Shown here: positions 10,477 through 20,072 of the stretch, piece by piece
Layout: the number at the start of each line of letters is the position of its first letter
How positions within the stretch are numbered: the stretch's first letter is position 1
NCBI GenBank assembly: GCA_038046385.1
Contig: JBBSWH010000006.1
Coordinates: 64,001-128,000, forward strand
Direction: 5' to 3'
Source of the DNA: Nanobdellota archaeon
GTDB lineage: Archaea; Nanobdellota; Nanobdellia; Woesearchaeales; GW2011-AR4
DNA: 64,000 bases
Notes under the pieces: model-generated
Told to the model about the DNA's origin: nothing
Database searches by the model: none
Seen by the model: the letters and a program-made list of their open reading frames with translations, nothing else
Translations under genes and position numbers: made by a program

Positions 10477-10564
10477 AGCGATAAAAATGAAATTGACCTT
10501 ATTTAAACATTACGATTGAATTTGGATAACAAAATATTTAAAACATCCTTCTTTAGTTTGATAT

Positions 10565-11464
10565 ATGGACAACAGGGACAAGATACTTGCTTTTATAGCG
10601 CAGAAGGGGCCTGTTCTGCCTGTGCAGATTGGAAAGGAAATAAGCATGAATATTCTCATGTCTTCTGCCCATTTGGCAGAGCTTACTGACAGCAAAAAGC
10701 TTAAGATTTCTACTTTAAAAATCGGTGGGTCTCCCATGTATTACCTTCCAGGGCAGGAAGCAATGCTTGAAAAGTTTGCAGTCAACCTGAATGAAAAAGA
10801 GAAAAGAGCTTTTGATCTTCTAAGCGAGCAGAAAATACTGAAAGACACTGAACAGACGCCTTTAATGAGAGTTACATTAAGGGAAATCAAGGATTTTGCA
10901 GTTCCAATTTATGTTACATATAATGACAGCAAGGAAATGTTCTGGAAATGGCACACTGCATCAGATGCAGATGTTGAAAAACTGATAAAAACAAAATTAG
11001 ATATTAAGGAAGAGCCAAAAGTAGAGCCAGAAATCCAAAAAGCAGAGGAAAAAAAGACCGTTAAAGAGCCTGATGAAAAAAAGCCAGTAAAGGAAGCTGC
11101 TGAAAAGCAGAAAACATTAAAGCCCCAGAAAGAAAAGAAGCCAAAAAAAGAAAAAAGCAATTTCATGTCAGATGTTTTAAAGTTCTTTGAAAAAAACAGC
11201 ATTGGAGTTTTAAGCACTGATATAATAAAGAAAAATTCCGAGATAGATTTCATGATTGAAATACCAAGCATAATGGGAAATTTGCAGTATTACTGCAAGG
11301 CAAAGGACAAGAAAACAATAACAGAAAACGACTTATCAAACACTTATGTAAAAGCGCAGTTCAAAAAAATGCCAGTCATATTGATTTCTGCAGGCGAGTT
11401 AACTCAAAAAGCGCAGGAAATGCTGAAGAATGAATTAAAAGGATTATCTTTCAAGAAAATCTAG
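10565..11464 (+). CDS. Hypothetical protein with N-terminal wHTH-like region
   Basis: 299-aa ORF in an apparent operon with fen; TATA box upstream. Confidence 0.75.
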   Translation: MDNRDKILAFIAQKGPVLPVQIGKEISMNILMSSAHLAELTDSKKLKISTLKIGGSPMYYLPGQEAMLEKFAVNLNEKEKRAFDLLSEQKILKDTEQTPLMRVTLREIKDFAVPIYVTYNDSKEMFWKWHTASDADVEKLIKTKLDIKEEPKVEPEIQKAEEKKTVKEPDEKKPVKEAAEKQKTLKPQKEKKPKKEKSNFMSDVLKFFEKNSIGVLSTDIIKKNSEIDFMIEIPSIMGNLQYYCKAKDKKTITENDLSNTYVKAQFKKMPVILISAGELTQKAQEMLKNELKGLSFKKI

Positions 11465-11468
11465 GAAA

Positions 11469-12503
11469 ATGGGAGTTGCAATAACAGAATTACTGGTTAT
11501 GAAAGATATTGACATTGCTAGCTTGCGCGGCAAGACTCTTGTTGTTGATGCTCCTATGTGGCTTTATCAGTTTTTAAGTTCGATAAGGCAGCGTGACGGC
11601 TCTTTATTGACAGATTCAAAAGGGCAGGTTACGTCTCATTTAATGGGGATGTTCTCAAGAATTTCCAATCTTATGCAGCAGGACATAAAGATGGCTTTTG
11701 TATTTGACGGAACGCCTCCGATGCTGAAAAGATTAACGCTTGAGAAGAGAAAAGAAATAAAATTAGAGGCGCAGAAGAAATTTGACAGCGCAAAAGAAAG
11801 GGCAGATGAGGAAATGATGAAGAAGTATGCTGCCAGAACATCAAGATTAACCAAGGAAATGATAGAAGAGGCAAAAAAGCTTGTTGACGCTTTTGGGCTT
11901 CCGGTTATTGAAGCTCCGACAGAGGCAGAAGCACAGGCTTCTTTGATAACGCGAAACAATGATGCGTTTGCATTGGCAACAAGCGATGCTGATGCTTTGC
12001 TTTTTGGCTCGCCAAGGATTATAAGGAACCTGAACATGGCCGGCAAGAGGAAAAAAACAAATTCATTGTCGTTTGAAACAATAAGCCCTGACATTATTTC
12101 TCTGCAGGAAAATCTTGAGCATCTTCAGATTAATCAAAATCAATTAATTGCGCTTGCTATGCTGATTGGAACAGATTATAACATTGGTGGGATAAAAGGA
12201 ATTGGGCCAAGGAATGCCATCAAGCTTGTAAAAAAGCACGGAAATGATTTTGAAACATTATTCAATGAGACAAAATGGAATGATTTTTTTGATTTTGAAT
12301 GGAAGGAAGTTTTTGATTTGATAGGAAATATGCCTGTAAACAGAGATTATAAGCTTGAATGGGGCAAAATTGACGAGGACAAAATAAAGAAAGTGCTCAT
12401 GGAGCATGATTTCTCAGAAGAAAGAATCAATATACATCTTGGCGAGCTGATAAAAAGCACAAAAAGCAAGGCGCAGAAAGGGCTTGGAGAGTTTTTTGGA
12501 TGA
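11469..12503 (+). CDS. fen: Flap endonuclease 1
   Basis: MGV start, LYQFLSSIR, FVFDG, EAEAQ, GTDYN, C-terminal PIP box QKGLGEFF. Confidence 0.95.
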   Translation: MGVAITELLVMKDIDIASLRGKTLVVDAPMWLYQFLSSIRQRDGSLLTDSKGQVTSHLMGMFSRISNLMQQDIKMAFVFDGTPPMLKRLTLEKRKEIKLEAQKKFDSAKERADEEMMKKYAARTSRLTKEMIEEAKKLVDAFGLPVIEAPTEAEAQASLITRNNDAFALATSDADALLFGSPRIIRNLNMAGKRKKTNSLSFETISPDIISLQENLEHLQINQNQLIALAMLIGTDYNIGGIKGIGPRNAIKLVKKHGNDFETLFNETKWNDFFDFEWKEVFDLIGNMPVNRDYKLEWGKIDEDKIKKVLMEHDFSEERINIHLGELIKSTKSKAQKGLGEFFG

Positions 12504-13333
12504 AAAAAAACCTAAAGTACTATCTTAAAGATAAATTAAGCAAAAAGGAGCTTGCTCTAATGCCGACTTCGTTTGATGTTGTCGGAGATATCATGATTTT
12601 TGCGGAGTTTCCTAAAGAATTGGTGAAAAAGGAGAAAGTTATTGGGCAGGCTATTCTTGAAAACTACCATCAGATAAAAACAATCCTAAAGAAAACTAAA
12701 AAGTATTCTGGAAAGTACAGGACACCAACACTAAAAGTGATAGCGGGAGAAAAAAGGAAAGAAACAATATGCAAAGAGAACAATGTTCTTATAAAGCTTG
12801 ATGTCGAGAAAATATACTTCTCTCCAAGAATGTCAAACGAAAGGACAAGGATTGCAAAGCTTGTCAAGCCAAATGAATCGGTATTGGTGATGTTCTCGGG
12901 CTCTGGCGTGTATCCACTAGTTATTGCAAAAAATTCAAAGTGCAAAGAAGCTTATGGTGTTGAGGTCAATCCGACAGGGCATAAATATGCATTAGAGAAT
13001 GCAAAAAAGAACAAGCTCGAAAGTAAAGTGATGCTTTTCAAAGGCGATGTAATGAAAATAGTGCCAAAACTGAAGAAAAAATTTGACAGAATACTGATGC
13101 CATTGCCGAAGGGAGCTGAAAAATATCTTGAAATTGCGCTGAAGCACGCAAAAAAGAATGCTACAATACACTTCTATGATTTTTTAAATGAAAATGAAGC
13201 ATTTAAAGCAGAAGAGAAGATAAAGAACGCATGCAATAAAGCAAGGAGAAAATGCAGAATTCTTAATGTTGTGAAATGCGGCCAGTATTCCCCTGGGTTT
13301 TATCGATTTTGCATCGATTTTTTTGTTATCTGA
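12500..13333 (+). CDS. Trm5/Tyw2-family SAM-dependent tRNA modification enzyme
   Basis: FDVVGDI, YFSPR, MFSGSG, DRILMPLP, IHFYDF motifs. Confidence 0.85.
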   Translation: MKKNLKYYLKDKLSKKELALMPTSFDVVGDIMIFAEFPKELVKKEKVIGQAILENYHQIKTILKKTKKYSGKYRTPTLKVIAGEKRKETICKENNVLIKLDVEKIYFSPRMSNERTRIAKLVKPNESVLVMFSGSGVYPLVIAKNSKCKEAYGVEVNPTGHKYALENAKKNKLESKVMLFKGDVMKIVPKLKKKFDRILMPLPKGAEKYLEIALKHAKKNATIHFYDFLNENEAFKAEEKIKNACNKARRKCRILNVVKCGQYSPGFYRFCIDFFVI

Positions 13334-13608
13334 TTTTTTGGAAGTTTTGTTCCTGCGCTTCTTTTAAGCACTTTTTATTTTTATCAGATTTTTTCCCAGG
13401 GACACTGGTCTTAATTGTCTATTTTATCTATTGACTTTATTTTTTTATATATTTTATATAATCTGTAGGTATTTATCTATTTTTGTTGCCTGGTTTTGTT
13501 TTTACTTGTCTTTAAAGTCCTCCATCGGCCCGATTTCAATTACCGATATTGTTATTTCTTTTTTATTTATCATAGCACTTATAATGATATAAGGATTATA
13601 TAAACTAG

Positions 13609-13631
13609 TGTGGTGATTGAATAACACCACA
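13609..13631. promoter_or_regulatory. Inverted repeat next to the TATA box of the TrmB gene (candidate operator)
   Basis: TGTGGTG-N9-CACCACA just upstream of TTTATAAG. Confidence 0.4.
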
Positions 13632-13664
13632 AAATTTATAAGCTTGCAAATAAATGATTATTTC

Positions 13665-14399
13665 GTGATAACGAGACTGTTTAATTCCGTCGGCATGACT
13701 CAGAACGAGTCAAAAGTCTACATGACACTTTTGGATCTCGGGTCTGCACAGGCAGGGCAAATAACGGAAAAATCGGGCATTCATAGAAGAAATGTGTACG
13801 ATGCAATATCAAGGCTGATGGAGAAGGGGCTTGCAAGCTTCGTGACTGTGAATAATAACAAAACCTTCAGCCCAGTGCATCCCAAGAGGTTTTTCGAGTT
13901 AATTGAAGAAAAGAAGCTTGATTTAGAAATTCTAAGAAATGATTTTAGCAAGGTAATGCCAGAGCTTGAATTAAAGGAAAAGCTGCAGCATAGGCATGAT
14001 GTCAGGTTTTTCAAAGGGATAGAGGGATTAAAAAGCGTTTATGAGAATATAATTAATACAAGCAAGAGCTATGTAGGGATAGGGCTAGGGCAGCATCTTG
14101 AAAAAATTATGAGCCACTATTTCACGCATTTTGTTGAAAGAAGGCAGAAAATGGGAATCAAAATCAAAATAATTTATTCTGAAGACTCCAGAGGAAAGAT
14201 AAAAAAGACGCCATTGAGCGAGCTTCGATACATGCCGCAGGAATACAGCTCAAGAACAGCATTGAGGATTTATGGAGATAAGGTTGCAACACTTCTTCTT
14301 GAAAAGGGAGAGCCGCAGGCGATTGTAATAAAAAATAACCACATAGCGAACGGCTACAGGAAATACTTTGAGTTTATGTGGAAAGCGGCTTCAAAATAA
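13665..14399 (+). CDS. TrmB-family transcriptional regulator
   Basis: GMTQNESKVY...IHRRNVYDAISRLMEKGL HTH plus effector domain; probable GTG start at 13665. Confidence 0.85.
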   Translation: MITRLFNSVGMTQNESKVYMTLLDLGSAQAGQITEKSGIHRRNVYDAISRLMEKGLASFVTVNNNKTFSPVHPKRFFELIEEKKLDLEILRNDFSKVMPELELKEKLQHRHDVRFFKGIEGLKSVYENIINTSKSYVGIGLGQHLEKIMSHYFTHFVERRQKMGIKIKIIYSEDSRGKIKKTPLSELRYMPQEYSSRTALRIYGDKVATLLLEKGEPQAIVIKNNHIANGYRKYFEFMWKAASK

Positions 14400-14535
14400 C
14401 TCAATTCTGCAATAAGAAAGGTGTACGCTCAGCAGTTACTTCCGCATATCATTGCTTGCGCTCAAAGGGTGTTCACTCAGTCATCGCGTACACAACAGCA
14501 ATAAAGAAGTTTAGCTTTTAAATCTGTCTATGACA

Positions 14536-14694
14536 TTTTGCCATCGTTCGCATTGAATGTATTAGATAATTACAAAAATTCCCATTGCATAGAGAAAATC
14601 CATAGGATTTTCTAAATTCAAGAATGTCCCATTCTTGAATATTTCCTTTTTGTTAGCTGTCGTATTAGAAAATGCTCACAATTTGATGGCAAAA
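14536..14694. repeat. Dispersed palindromic element, copy 2 (with 51-bp double-hairpin insert at 14590-14640)
   Basis: TTTTGCCATCGTTCGCAT...ATGCTCAC-AATTT-GATGGCAAAA. Confidence 0.9.
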
Positions 14695-14698
14695 CTGG

Positions 14699-15853
14699 TT
14701 ATCCAAAGAAATTAATGAAATCATTGCCTTCTTCTTTTTCTTCCTGCTTGACTTTTTCGATTGCCTTGAAGAAATCCTCTTTTGTCACAAAAAATTTGTC
14801 CTTCCTTATTGCAAAATACCCTGCTTCTGTGCAAACTGCTTTTATTTCAGCACCGCTGAAGTTTTCCATTTTTGCAATCAATGCTTCAAAATTCATTGCC
14901 TTGTCAAAGGTCATGTTCTTTGTGTGGATTTTGAATATGTCAAGCCTTGCTTCCTTGTTCGGAGTAGGTATATGAATTAATCTGTCTAGCCTTCCTGGCC
15001 TTATTATTGCAGGGTCAAGTATATCTTTCCTGTTTGTTGCTCCTATGATTTTGACATTGTCCAACGGCTTGAATCCGTCAAGCTCTGCAAGCAGCTGCAT
15101 GAAAGTCCTGTTGACTTCACGTTCGCCTGATGTGCCGACTTCTATTCTTTTTGATGCCAATGAATCAAGCTCATCTATGAAAACTATTGCAGGCGCCCTT
15201 CTTCTTGCAAATTCAAAGATTTCCTTCACAAGTTTCGCTCCTTCTCCGATAAACTTTTGAACGAGTTCAGATCCGACAACTTCTATGAATGTTGAATTTG
15301 TTTCGTGCGCAACTGCTTTTGCAAGAAGTGTTTTTCCTGTTCCAGGCTCTCCGTAAAGCAAGATGCCTTTTGGAGGAGTTATCCCTATTTTTTTGAACAG
15401 CTCCGGTTTTTTTAACGGAAGTTCTACAACTTCCTTTATCTCGTTTATCTGCTTGTCCAATCCGCCTATTTCTTTCCAAGATATTGTTGGCTTTTCAACA
15501 ATAACATATTTTTCTATGTTGAACTTTTTTGTCATCGGTATTTTTCTGATGACTGTTAAGTTCTTTTGCTCTACAAGAACTGTATCTCCTGGCTTTAATT
15601 TATCACAGTCATTTGAAATGTTGACAAAGAACTGGTTGCCGTTCGGAATTTTTATGATGGCGGTTTTTTCAAAAACCTCGCGCATTTCGCAAACCATTAA
15701 TGGAGAAGCTTTGAAACGTTCAATCTCTTCTTTCTGCCTGCCGATTGTTTCCTTCAGAATCCTGTTTTCTTCTTCATGCGGATTTGATGAGGTAGAATAA
15801 GAATACATTATGCTGTCAATTATGTTCTTTGGCTTTGCTTCCTTTGCTGGCAT
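14699..15853 (-). CDS. pan: Proteasome-activating nucleotidase (AAA+)
   Basis: Coiled coil and OB domain, GEPGTGKT, FIDELD, second region of homology RPGRLDR. Confidence 0.92.
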   Translation of the reverse strand: MPAKEAKPKNIIDSIMYSYSTSSNPHEEENRILKETIGRQKEEIERFKASPLMVCEMREVFEKTAIIKIPNGNQFFVNISNDCDKLKPGDTVLVEQKNLTVIRKIPMTKKFNIEKYVIVEKPTISWKEIGGLDKQINEIKEVVELPLKKPELFKKIGITPPKGILLYGEPGTGKTLLAKAVAHETNSTFIEVVGSELVQKFIGEGAKLVKEIFEFARRRAPAIVFIDELDSLASKRIEVGTSGEREVNRTFMQLLAELDGFKPLDNVKIIGATNRKDILDPAIIRPGRLDRLIHIPTPNKEARLDIFKIHTKNMTFDKAMNFEALIAKMENFSGAEIKAVCTEAGYFAIRKDKFFVTKEDFFKAIEKVKQEEKEEGNDFINFFG

Positions 15854-15886
15854 TTTATTGAAGTATGATTAAATGGTATAAAAAGC

Positions 15887-17743
15887 TTATGCGACAAACT
15901 CCCCGTTTTTCAGTATCCAGTGCTTTGCGCCTTTTTTGCTTATTCCATAAACATCCAGCTTTTGCCTTGGTGCGTTAAAAACAATATCCATGTGGTATTC
16001 TGTTGATCTATCGGGTTCGTAGCCGGATCCAAGGGCTATGTGCATCATCCTTGCAATTTTCTCGTTGACAATAAGATAATCGCATAATTTTGCTTTTGGA
16101 TTGGTGTTGATTGCAAATTCCCCAATCCTTTCAAAATTTCTTTTCTTCATATCTATTATTTCCTTCGGCAGGCTTTTGTTTTTTTCTGACATTAGCAGCA
16201 TGTCCATTGATTCTTTTTTTCTTTTATTGATTTTCTGCAGAATATCCTTTGGTCCTGCAATTATCTTGTAGGAATCGCCGTAGCATTCTGTTATAATCGG
16301 ATTTTTTTCATCTAATTGGTAGCTTTGGTCGACGTGAACAACAACATCCCCCACAAATATGCCCTTTATGTATTCCGGCGTTACAAAGGCCTCTCCTCCG
16401 GGAATGTTACCCATGCATCCTGCCACTATCCCTGTCATTTTAAGGTATTCCTTGTTGATTTTTTCCCTAACATCTGTATCTGAACGCCTTACCCACCTTC
16501 TTGTGCCATCTGGCTTAACAAGGCCGACTTCAAGGTTTGTAACATATTTTTCTTTTGACTTTCCTTCAACATAGATAACATCACACTTGTCCATTATATC
16601 CTTTATTTTCTGGTTTCTTGCGCGTATGTCTGACCAGTCAACGAGATTTGTTTCAATGAAAATATCTATAGGAATTGTTTCTGTAAAAGCAACTCTTGCC
16701 ATGGGCTTTCTGTCATCATATTTTGTCTGCGGATAAAAGTCAAGCTTGTAAATCATCTGCCCCGGCGTATTCCAGCGCGTCTTTTTGTTTTTTGAAGGGT
16801 ATCCAATAAGTTCGCCGAACATGTGCTTTCCTGCATATCCTTTTGAGCTTACAGAAAATGAAAGGTCTATTGGCTTGAATCTCTTAAGATTTAACAATGA
16901 GGACAATTTATTGAATTTTTTGAAAACGGCCTCATCAACGTCCTTGCACAATTCGCATCCCAATAAAGTCGCTCTTAACTCTGAAACCCTTTCAGGCTGC
17001 TCAAGCATTGATTTCCTTCCTGTTGATGCGCTTAATGTTGGATTTGCATTTTCTTTTGCGGCCTGTGCCATTGCCCAGATTATGGAATATGCGTCAAGAT
17101 AATCCTCAAGCGGATGACCGATCATGCTTTCTGTAGGTATTAATGGGAAACCGATTCCTGCACGCTCACCTTTTTTTAATGCATAGACATCTCTCCACAA
17201 AATTCTGCTTGTTTCCATCAGCTCTTTCATTCTGTATTCTTTGAACCATTTTGTGCTGAAATTGAGGTTAAAATTACCTGTAAATTTTCCGTTCTTTGCC
17301 TCAAGAATAAAATCCGGCTTTTTGAATATTTTTTTGAAATCACCTTTTGCTTTTTTGTCAACTTCATTTATGAAATCAAGCAAAGATGATGTTTTGGTGT
17401 TTTTTTCTCCTTTTACTGCTTTATCGAAAATTTGCCAGACATCTTTTAATGCTTCCAATGCTTCTGAGCTATGCGAAGAAGCTTGTTGAGCTTTGCCACT
17501 CGAAGTGGAATTGTTCAGCTTTGCTGAACTTATGCTCAATTTTGCTTCTGGTTTTTTTCCCATGCCGATGCAACTGACATCATTTTTTAGCTCGTGCATT
17601 GCCATTGACAGCGGCGCTAGGGAGTAGAATGCTTCCTTGTCTGACAAATCAAAAAGTATCAAAAAATCTTTGTTTTTTGTTCCTTTAAGCTGCTTTTTGT
17701 AATTGACTACTGCAGAATCAAACTCTTTTTTGTCGTATTTCAT
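15887..17743 (-). CDS. M29-like (thermophilic metallo-) aminopeptidase carrying an in-frame 28-aa insertion
   Basis: NIPGGEAF, GEFAINTNP, EK..MHIALG, HMD motifs. Confidence 0.75.
   Translation of the reverse strand: MKYDKKEFDSAVVNYKKQLKGTKNKDFLILFDLSDKEAFYSLAPLSMAMHELKNDVSCIGMGKKPEAKLSISSAKLNNSTSSGKAQQASSHSSEALEALKDVWQIFDKAVKGEKNTKTSSLLDFINEVDKKAKGDFKKIFKKPDFILEAKNGKFTGNFNLNFSTKWFKEYRMKELMETSRILWRDVYALKKGERAGIGFPLIPTESMIGHPLEDYLDAYSIIWAMAQAAKENANPTLSASTGRKSMLEQPERVSELRATLLGCELCKDVDEAVFKKFNKLSSLLNLKRFKPIDLSFSVSSKGYAGKHMFGELIGYPSKNKKTRWNTPGQMIYKLDFYPQTKYDDRKPMARVAFTETIPIDIFIETNLVDWSDIRARNQKIKDIMDKCDVIYVEGKSKEKYVTNLEVGLVKPDGTRRWVRRSDTDVREKINKEYLKMTGIVAGCMGNIPGGEAFVTPEYIKGIFVGDVVVHVDQSYQLDEKNPIITECYGDSYKIIAGPKDILQKINKRKKESMDMLLMSEKNKSLPKEIIDMKKRNFERIGEFAINTNPKAKLCDYLIVNEKIARMMHIALGSGYEPDRSTEYHMDIVFNAPRQKLDVYGISKKGAKHWILKNGEFVA
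17459..17550. mobile_element. Palindromic 84-bp in-frame insertion flanked by an 8-bp direct repeat
   Basis: TGCTTCTG at 17459-17466 and 17543-17550; multiple internal hairpins. Confidence 0.65.
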
Positions 17744-17756
17744 AGAAATTATGTAA

Positions 17757-18821
17757 TCATATTATTAATAAATCTTTTGATGTCCTTGTCAGTGGTATTG
17801 GCTTGTTCTTGAAAAGGATTGTATCTTCTATTCTTATGCCAAATTTGCCTGGAAAGTAAACGCCCGGCTCTATTGTGAAGACTATATTATTTCTTATCGT
17901 GCCTTTTGACATCAGTGTAAGGTTTGGCATTTCGTGTATCTCTATGCCAACACCGTGCCCAAGGCCGTGCGTGAAATATTCTTTGTATTTTCCCAGCTCT
18001 TTTACAACATAATCATAAAGCTCTGAGCATTTTTTGTTTTCTGTTGCAAGCTTAATTGATTCTTTCTGTATTTTCAGCAAAAGATTATAGATTTCTTTTT
18101 CTTTTTGAGACGGTTTTCCTATATATATCGTTCTTGTTATGTCAGAGCAGTAGCCTTTGTACTTAACGCCAAAATCTATGACGCAAAATCCTTTTTTTAT
18201 TTTTACATTTGATGACTCGTAATGCGGCATGCTGCCGTTGCTTCCTGAGCCAACGATTGGAGGAAAAGATAGTTCAAGTCCAATCTTTTTTGTTTCGTAT
18301 TCCAGAAATGCAGCAACTTCTGATTCTGTCCTGAATGATTTGAAGTTTTTTATTGTCTTTTGCAGAATCTTGTCTGCATATTGGCATGATTTTTTCAGGA
18401 TTTTTATTTCGTTGTCTGTTTTTATCTCTCTTAGCCTTACACAGTTTAATCCTATATCCTGTGTTTTTGCCTTTTTGAACTGCTTTTTGAATGCTTTGTA
18501 GGAATTCAATGTAAAATTGTTTTTGTCAATCGCTATATTTTTTGATTTTATTCTTTTTTCCTTCAGTTTTTCGCTGACAGACTCAAAAAACCGTTTCTTG
18601 TTCATTGAATAGGTGTTTTTGAATGTTTTTTTGGAGCGCTGCAGTTCCATTGCAGGCGCAAGAAGGAATGGTGGCTTGTTTTTTGGCACTACAAATACGC
18701 CGATTCCCTTGTAGCCGCAGAAATACTGCAAGTTTGGATTAATTCTTGAGTCAGAATTATAGAACAATGCAAAGTCTATGTTCTTTTTTTGAAGAATTCT
18801 TTGAAACTCTTTTATTTTCAT
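17757..18821 (-). CDS. Xaa-Pro aminopeptidase (M24B)
   Basis: PH, IDFG...SDITRT, HGLGHGVGIEIHE, TIEPG, GIRIED motifs. Confidence 0.92.
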   Translation of the reverse strand: MKIKEFQRILQKKNIDFALFYNSDSRINPNLQYFCGYKGIGVFVVPKNKPPFLLAPAMELQRSKKTFKNTYSMNKKRFFESVSEKLKEKRIKSKNIAIDKNNFTLNSYKAFKKQFKKAKTQDIGLNCVRLREIKTDNEIKILKKSCQYADKILQKTIKNFKSFRTESEVAAFLEYETKKIGLELSFPPIVGSGSNGSMPHYESSNVKIKKGFCVIDFGVKYKGYCSDITRTIYIGKPSQKEKEIYNLLLKIQKESIKLATENKKCSELYDYVVKELGKYKEYFTHGLGHGVGIEIHEMPNLTLMSKGTIRNNIVFTIEPGVYFPGKFGIRIEDTILFKNKPIPLTRTSKDLLII

Positions 18822-18863
18822 ATATTTGAAAACGTTTATATACATAAAAACCTTTCCTCTCCT

Positions 18864-20072
18864 ATGGAGAAACACATTCTAAAGAACGGCATAACGCTTA
18901 TTTTTGACAAAAAAGACACTGATTCTGCGGCTGTCGAGATTATGTTTAAAATCGGCTCAAACGATGAAAATCTGAAAGTTGCCGGGATATCTCATTTTCT
19001 TGAGCACATGCTGTTTGAAGGCACTAAGAACAGGAAAGACAGCAGAGAGATAGCAAATGAGATTGAGAAGCATGGCGGGGATTTCAATGCATATACGACT
19101 GGGGACCGCACGGCGTTTTTTATCAAGATAATCAACAAAAAGTTCGATGTTGCGCTTGATATTTTGTCTGATATGGTAAAAAACCCTGTTTTTGATGCAA
19201 AGATAATGGAAAAGGAGAAGCTTGTTGTGCTGAAAGAGATAAACATGGTCACAGACGATTCTCGTCTTCATCAATGGATTTTGTTTGAGAAGGCTTTGTT
19301 TGAAAAGCATCCTGCCCGCAATCCAACCTATGGATCTGCAAAAACAGTAAAAGCGCTTACAAGGAAGGGTGTTTTTGATTACTATAGCAAGCATTATGTA
19401 ACAAACAACATGATAATTTCTGTTACAGGAAATGTTAATGATGTAAAAAACAAAGTTGAAAAATATTTTGGGGATATGAAACCAAAAAGCACCCCTAAAA
19501 GAGAGAATGTTATTGAGCCTGTACAGACAAAGCAAAAGAAAATCATTCTAAAGAAAAAAACCCTGAATTCTTACATGGTTTTAGGGTACAAAACAGTTCC
19601 CAAAATGCATTCTGATGGGTGTGTTTTTGATGTAATCGCTGGGATACTTGGACGCGGACAAAGCGGATGGATGTTTGACGAAATAAGAAACAAGAGAGGT
19701 TTGGCATATCAAGTGGGCATTAACAACGAACAGGAGAATACTCATGGATTTTTTGCGGTTTATACCAATTTAGACAAGAAAAATATACCAAAGGCAAAAG
19801 AGCTCATAATGCAGCAATTTGAAAGGCTTCAGAGCGTTACTGAAAATGATATTGATGAAGCAAAGAGTTACATAGAAGGAAGCCACGTGCTGCAGCTCGA
19901 GGACAATTCGCATCACGCTGATTATTTGGCATTCTGGGAAACCATAAAAGACGCAAATCTTGCTTCAACCTATATGAAAAATGTAAACAAAGTAAGCATT
20001 TCTGATGTCAAAAGAGTTGCAAAGAAATACTTTACGGAGAATTATACTGTTTCTGTTATAGAGCAGGAATGA
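18864..20072 (+). CDS. M16 (pitrilysin) family zinc peptidase
   Basis: HFLEHMLF inverted HxxEH, NAYT, IRNKRGLAY motifs. Confidence 0.92.
   Translation: MEKHILKNGITLIFDKKDTDSAAVEIMFKIGSNDENLKVAGISHFLEHMLFEGTKNRKDSREIANEIEKHGGDFNAYTTGDRTAFFIKIINKKFDVALDILSDMVKNPVFDAKIMEKEKLVVLKEINMVTDDSRLHQWILFEKALFEKHPARNPTYGSAKTVKALTRKGVFDYYSKHYVTNNMIISVTGNVNDVKNKVEKYFGDMKPKSTPKRENVIEPVQTKQKKIILKKKTLNSYMVLGYKTVPKMHSDGCVFDVIAGILGRGQSGWMFDEIRNKRGLAYQVGINNEQENTHGFFAVYTNLDKKNIPKAKELIMQQFERLQSVTENDIDEAKSYIEGSHVLQLEDNSHHADYLAFWETIKDANLASTYMKNVNKVSISDVKRVAKKYFTENYTVSVIEQE

Noticed and set aside
13334-13600. AT-rich gap that may hold a decayed minus-strand gene
   Set aside because: Only short broken frames are present (for example ITISVIEIGPMEDFKDK), and I cannot assign a family.
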